DNA from: Pelomyxa schiedti
Taxonomy: Eukaryota; Protista; Evosea
Direction of reading: 5' to 3'
NCBI GenBank assembly: GCA_020536535.1
Contig: JAHLWZ010000241.1
Location: 1 to 37,589 of the forward strand
Length of the DNA: 37,589 bases
The position numbers and the translations under genes were made by a program. Below the pieces are notes generated by a model. That model was not told where the DNA came from. It made no database searches and saw nothing but the letters and a program-made list of their open reading frames with translations. Below, one piece after another: positions 32,819 through 37,589 of this stretch (position 1 is the first letter of the stretch; each line of letters opens with the position of its first letter).

Positions 32819-34844
32819 CTACAGAAAGTACTCGATGTGGTTGGTTGGTGAGAGGAAGTTGGGGGGAGGGTCCCAGATGGATTCAGTCAGTGTTGTGTGG
32901 CCGGTGTCATCGACTTCAATTGTAAGGGCTCCCCCTTTGTTTCCGCACCTGTTGCAGTAGTTGCTAGCACTGAAGATTGAGTAGCATCTGTTGTTGTGGC
33001 ACGGAACCACCCCTTCCATGACCATCTGGTGGCCCCGCACCATCATGCTAAGTTTATTGGTCCGGAGGAATTCTTCGGATATATCGCTGCCCCACGTATC
33101 TGTGTGATGGTTATTCCGCGGGGGGATTTCAATAGCGTGCACATGTACTTCCGTTGAGACCCCATCCGTTCCTTTCGTCTGGGTCAGCCCAGACTAAGTC
33201 GGTCATCTATCTCTGTGAGTTGATTGCATTTTTGGAGAGTTACTTACCACTCCCTCTCTTCCAGTCTCCTGGAATCTACGAAGACAATATATTTCTGACA
33301 GCAGGTTCATACCTATCACTTTGTTAGTATTGGTTAGAGTCAGGTGTTTGAAACTTGGTGATAACCCCCCATGCACAGCATAAACAGTGTTCTCAACAAC
33401 CGCGGCCTACTCTCAAATTAACACTCCAGAGATACACAGGAGATTACCAAAGGAAGTGTACATAATACATGAATTGCCGCTCTCCATATAAGTTCATTTT
33501 CGAAGGTGTTCACGCATTCGTCATAAAACCCATACACTTGTGATATTTCGCCACCCTCATGGTTTCCCCTATTGGTTGGAAAAAATTGATGAACTTTTGT
33601 CAAGACTTCATGGATAAAACTGACAATTCACTGACCTCAGCAAAGTAATTTTGTGGGGATACAAAATCTTGTACGAAAACAAATAGCACAAAACTTGGAT
33701 AGAGTGACACCTATTTATGAATAAGAATTAAAAATAGAATAGGGGAAAAGGTTAGAACTGCCCTCTGTTCACATAATCACCCAAGAATAAGAAATTTGAA
33801 ATTGGAGGAGTTCCCACCTGTGAGAATAACTCATACAAATCCTGAATCTGACCGTGAATATCTCCAACTACTGTTACCTTGAGCAGAAAATATCCATAAA
33901 TTAGTCCGAAAGCGAAAGTGTACTCTCACAGGGGATTTGACTGGAATCAAACTTTCTTCTTTCAGAAGCAGTGGTTTTACATTCCTCAAAATGACTGCAA
34001 ACTCCCTCATTGATGGGGTGAAGACTGAGGGCTTAAGACATGCCGCGGGGGTCCTCCATTGCTTTGTTTTTATAAACTCCTCATTGATAGAGACAATCTT
34101 TGTAGCAATAGAGTATGCTGCTGTGGTACTGTACAAAGCTACACTTCGGCACTTTTCTCGCCAAGACAAATCCTTGTTGCTCAAAGCTGCATCCAAACAA
34201 AAAAAAAAACTAAGGTGAAATAGATGAAATACACTTCACAATGATGGAAGCAGGCATCAACCCTTTAGATTTTTGTTAAACACACCAACTTTCACATTAC
34301 ACCGGCACAATGTACTTCAAATTCGACGGCTGGCACCAACGCAACAACAAACAAAGTTAATTGCACATGTTAGCAGCAGATCCCAGGCGGCGTTTGTCAT
34401 CTCGAACCCCGGGGGCTGCGGGCCGCCCCTCCACGCGCACGGCCTCTGTCCCAGGACGCCGTAGAGCCGCCGCCACAGCAGCAGCTCGCTCTCCCTGGTC
34501 CCGCAGCGCCTCCTGACCCCCGAGCACACCGCCGTGCACAGCCCCCACGCCACGAGCGCGACGTCTCCTTGGTCTTCTTCCGCCCACTCCTCTGTAGCCG
34601 CGGCGCTGGTTGTTTCTGTTGCCGTTGTTGTTGTTGTTGTTGTTGTCGTTGTCGTCGTCGACGAGGACGCTGGTGTGGCCGTCGCTGTTGATGACGAGGA
34701 TGCAGGTGTGGCAGGGGCGTGATCTTGCTGGGGGGTTTTTACACTGCCGCTGGGTGCGGGAGGCGTGGCGGCGGAATTCGTAGGCACGGGCTTCGCGATG
34801 TGGCGGCATATACGGCAAATGATTTCGAGTGGGAGTCTGTCCAT
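32819..34844 (-). CDS. PPP-family (PP2A/PP4/PP6-like) Ser/Thr phosphatase with an N-terminal F-box-like region
   Basis: [19 protein letters not shown]|[42 protein letters not shown]-terminal EYFL*. N-terminus [16 protein letters not shown]…[10 protein letters not shown]…LWRRLY. Confidence 0.88.
34608..34660. repeat. (GTT/GTC)n trinucleotide tract encoding poly-Thr on the minus strand
   Basis: gttgttgttgttgttgttgttgtcgttgtcgtcgtcg. Confidence 0.85.
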
Positions 34845-35062
34845 CTTCTCTTCTGTGACCGTTGTCGGTTTGGAAACTGAAAGGGCGAAAACTTGTCAGA
34901 CTTGATCGAAGCAGTGAGATTCGCACTCCTCTCAGTATTTGTGCTTGGTAATAATAATGATGGTGCAGGCAGGAATTACCCAGTTCCCTTCGACTTCGCT
35001 GAAGCAACCCAAGTTCATAAACCCACAAAAACAAATGATTAATTTAAAAAAAAAAAACGAAT

Positions 35063-35775
35063 ATGTCGAGGAGTGTGGTGCCCAAGAGTCATAGTACCTG
35101 GCAGCAGGATGGCAGACTGATGCAATTGCTATCTCAGGTACCTACGTCCCACAATGCATGCTGGTGGTTCTTTGGACATGGCTCAGGATGGCCAGTGAAC
35201 AAATGCGATACCTGCTATGCTTCTGCTCAAAAAGGAGTTGTGTGCAAGGAGATGATCAAGTGAATCCCCTGCCATCCTTTTTTTTCCTCACTGACTCTTT
35301 CTTGATTGCCGATAGCTGCTGGAAGTTCGAGATATGGGAACACAATGTCACGGATATGAAAGAGGCAATGATAGTTCTGCTTCAGGAGTGCATCAGAGAC
35401 CACTCACTCTCTGGAAAGATGTCTTTAGCTCCTCTTCCAATGTGGCAGCCTCAGGGAACCAGGATAGCATCAGGAAGCAGCCACACAATACCTGAATCAG
35501 CGAAACCACAATTGTACCTTGATAGGTATGGTAATGGCGGGGTTGGTTGTATTGTAATTATAGTCAGGAAACTGGAATGTGACAGTATCTTCCTGATTTA
35601 CAATCAATCCATTGAAGAGAGGGAGCACAAAAGATCAACGATATTCAGTGCACTTAGGGCAGCTGGTGTGAGTCTCTCAGAAGAACTTCCTCCCTACAGA
35701 CGAGGTTGCATTGTACCACACGAAGAACTCTGTGGGCCCTGGGAATCATGGCATGACTTGGAAACAGACTTCTAG
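35063..35775 (+). CDS. Uncharacterised ~220-aa protein, 2 exons
   Basis: ATG after an A-rich tract. A phase-2 intron (gtgaat…gatag) joins exon 1 (…CDTCY…CKEMI) to CWKFEIWEH…WHDLETDF*, with AATAAA just after the stop. Confidence 0.6.
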
Positions 35776-35858
35776 AACCAACAATAAATAAGCTTGTGCT
35801 TCTTTCGGGTGGATAGTGTCAGAAAGACCAGCAACTAACTGTTAATAACTGAAAAACA

Positions 35859-37445
35859 TTACGGTATCAACCAAAATTCTTCTTCTTCATCTCCACCTTC
35901 TATGTCCTTGATTTCTTTCTTCATGATAGAAACACGCTTAAGAGGTACTTGGGCTTGTTCCTTTTTGCCTGCAGCCAAAAGCGTGTTGGCTATGTTCTGT
36001 TCCACAGTCACAGCATTCTCAAGTTGCTCCTTGTATACATCTGGGCACAACGACCCATTTGACACCTATTTTTTTTGTGAGTTTGTTGATATTCAACTCT
36101 CCACGTCGAAAAGTTGGTTGTGATCCCAGAGGAGTTTCAATTTAAGGGGCATACTTTGAGGGATAGGAGTGCCGAGGAAGCTTTAATAAGGGCACTTCTG
36201 ACAATAACGTCGTGGCCATTTTCTGCGTAAGCCTTGCATCGTTCCTCCTCCCATTTAAGGACTTCATAGGAGCAAACTCGGTCCAGGCTGGGGAAATATT
36301 AGTCCAGTGTGGCGTCTGAGGAAAGGAAAGATACCGGTCGACGGGATCGAGTTCTTCTTCACTACTGGCAGCAGGAGCCATGGCAGTTGGTGCTGGCACA
36401 GTGGAAGGCGTTGTGGTAGAATACACCATCGTTGACTGTGAAGCTACTTGTGACACGGCGCTTTTACCTTGAGGTTGTTCTGTTGTTGTTTCATGTGCAT
36501 GGGAACTAGTTTCAGGTATTGGCTCATCCAAAACGAGTTCCTTCTCTGTTGTGATGAGGTATTCCTTATGTGTAATTGGTTCATGAACCCGCAGAATGAC
36601 CTCTGCTGTGGCAGATACAAGGGGCTTGTGTGAATACTCAGAGGCGATCTAAGTTTTCAGGTGACCAAAAACAATTAAGCGAAAGGAAGGTACTGGTATT
36701 GTTTGTTTCGATTCGGAACTTGTGAGTAAATCAGAAAATTTAACTTCGAAGACTCCAATCTAGTTGTGGTTGTTATTCCGATGAAAACGATGAATGGGAT
36801 GTAACATCGACTGAGCCAATTGTTTTTTTGTGTGCCACATGAAGGACCATTGTCCTTCTAAGCTCAAAGAATCTGCAATGTGTCTTCTTGGACCGATCAA
36901 ACAAGAATTTTGTCACATAATTGAAATCTTGGAATCGTTAAAACCGCTGGCTTGTTTTGTTGTGTGGCAACTTACTTGGACTGGGTGAAGTGACATAGCT
37001 GGTTTTAAACTTCTGAGCAGAATTGTCCCCAATTTGGAACTCACCATAGACATAAGCACACATGTTCGCATGCCTGAGGATGGAATATCAGCCCAGAAAA
37101 ACCACACAAGAACTTATCAAATGAGATACAACAGTAACAATACCCAAGAAGGTCCAGAGCCTTGCACCCAACTATTGTGAGCTCGATTTCGTTTGGTGAC
37201 AGATGTGCAAAAATGCGTTCTTCTGTTCTTTCCTTGGTTTCTTCGTGGAACCTCTCTTTTCTTAGAGAGCGAAAAGAAGGAAGATCCTGTGGTGATGATG
37301 ATACCTTGGAGCCGCGCAATTGGGATCTTCCTTTGCAGCTCGTAAACTCTTCAACATGTCGATGTAGGTCTTTGTCTCTTTACATAATTTTACAAACTTT
37401 GCTTGATCGGTTCCTTTGCATGCCTGCAGAGCCACCAGATCCCAA
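35859..37445 (-). CDS. CC2D1/Lgd-like C2-domain protein (partial; 5' end outside the window)
   Basis: FHEETKERTEERIFAHLSPNEIELTIV, KFKTSYV, AEVILRVHEPITHKEYLITTEKELVLD, SYEVLKWEEE and YKEQLE…KRVSIMKKEI follow the order of the CC2D1A/B C2 domain and C-terminal helices. Confidence 0.7.
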
Positions 37446-37467
37446 AAAAAAAAAATAAACTCACCAT

Positions 37468-37589
37468 CAACAAACAAACAAACAAACAAACAAACAAACA
37501 AACAAACAAACAAACAAACAAACAAACAAACAAACAAACAAACAAACAAACAAACAAACAAACAAACAAACAAACAAACAAACAAACAA
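37468..37589. repeat. (CAAA)n microsatellite, ~30 units, running off the window
   Basis: Read directly. Confidence 0.98.

Noticed and set aside
37262-37585. ORFs beginning MFVCLFVCLF…
   Set aside because: These are translations of the (CAAA)n microsatellite. Only the downstream part belongs to a CC2D1-like exon.
37468-37589. (CAAA)n as a telomere
   Set aside because: It lies just upstream of a poly-pyrimidine tract inside a gene lacking its 5' end, so an intronic microsatellite at a contig break is simpler.
1-37589. tRNA, rRNA, transposase or reverse transcriptase genes
   Set aside because: None recognised by eye; tRNAscan-SE and Infernal would be needed to exclude small RNAs.

Overview
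This is eukaryotic, gene-dense DNA (about 40-45% GC by eye) with many short (~35-100 nt) GT-AG introns, so the six-frame ORFs are mostly exon fragments. Gene style and two lineage-expanded gene types resemble an amoebozoan protist such as the archamoeba Pelomyxa; that is an inference. Bases 1-3001 are a slightly diverged second copy of 10575-13661, followed by a 100-N scaffold gap. Bases 3102-8700 hold a partial coiled-coil gene, an intronless 418-aa ORF and decayed fragments (GH38 mannosidase, TKL kinase). From 8.7 kb on there is a compact run of genes: LBP/BPI lipid-binding protein, secreted GH13 glycosidase, CaaX-tailed disordered protein, Rab, LRR protein, a second Rab lacking a prenylation tail, myristoylated VPS9-domain protein, MIT-like + PIP kinase, ankyrin-like repeat protein, DUF2804, ADAL-type deaminase, SEL1-repeat protein, F-box-like + PPP phosphatase, an unknown gene and a CC2D1/Lgd-like C2 protein. 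The best leads are (1) the non-prenylated Rab and VPS9-GEF pair with start codons 49 bp apart, next to the PIP kinase, (2) the unusual architecture of the VPS9 protein, (3) the F-box/PP2A-like fusion with GDYVNRG, and (4) a 12-Cys module inserted in the GH13 barrel. Exon boundaries were inferred by hand and no database searches were run.
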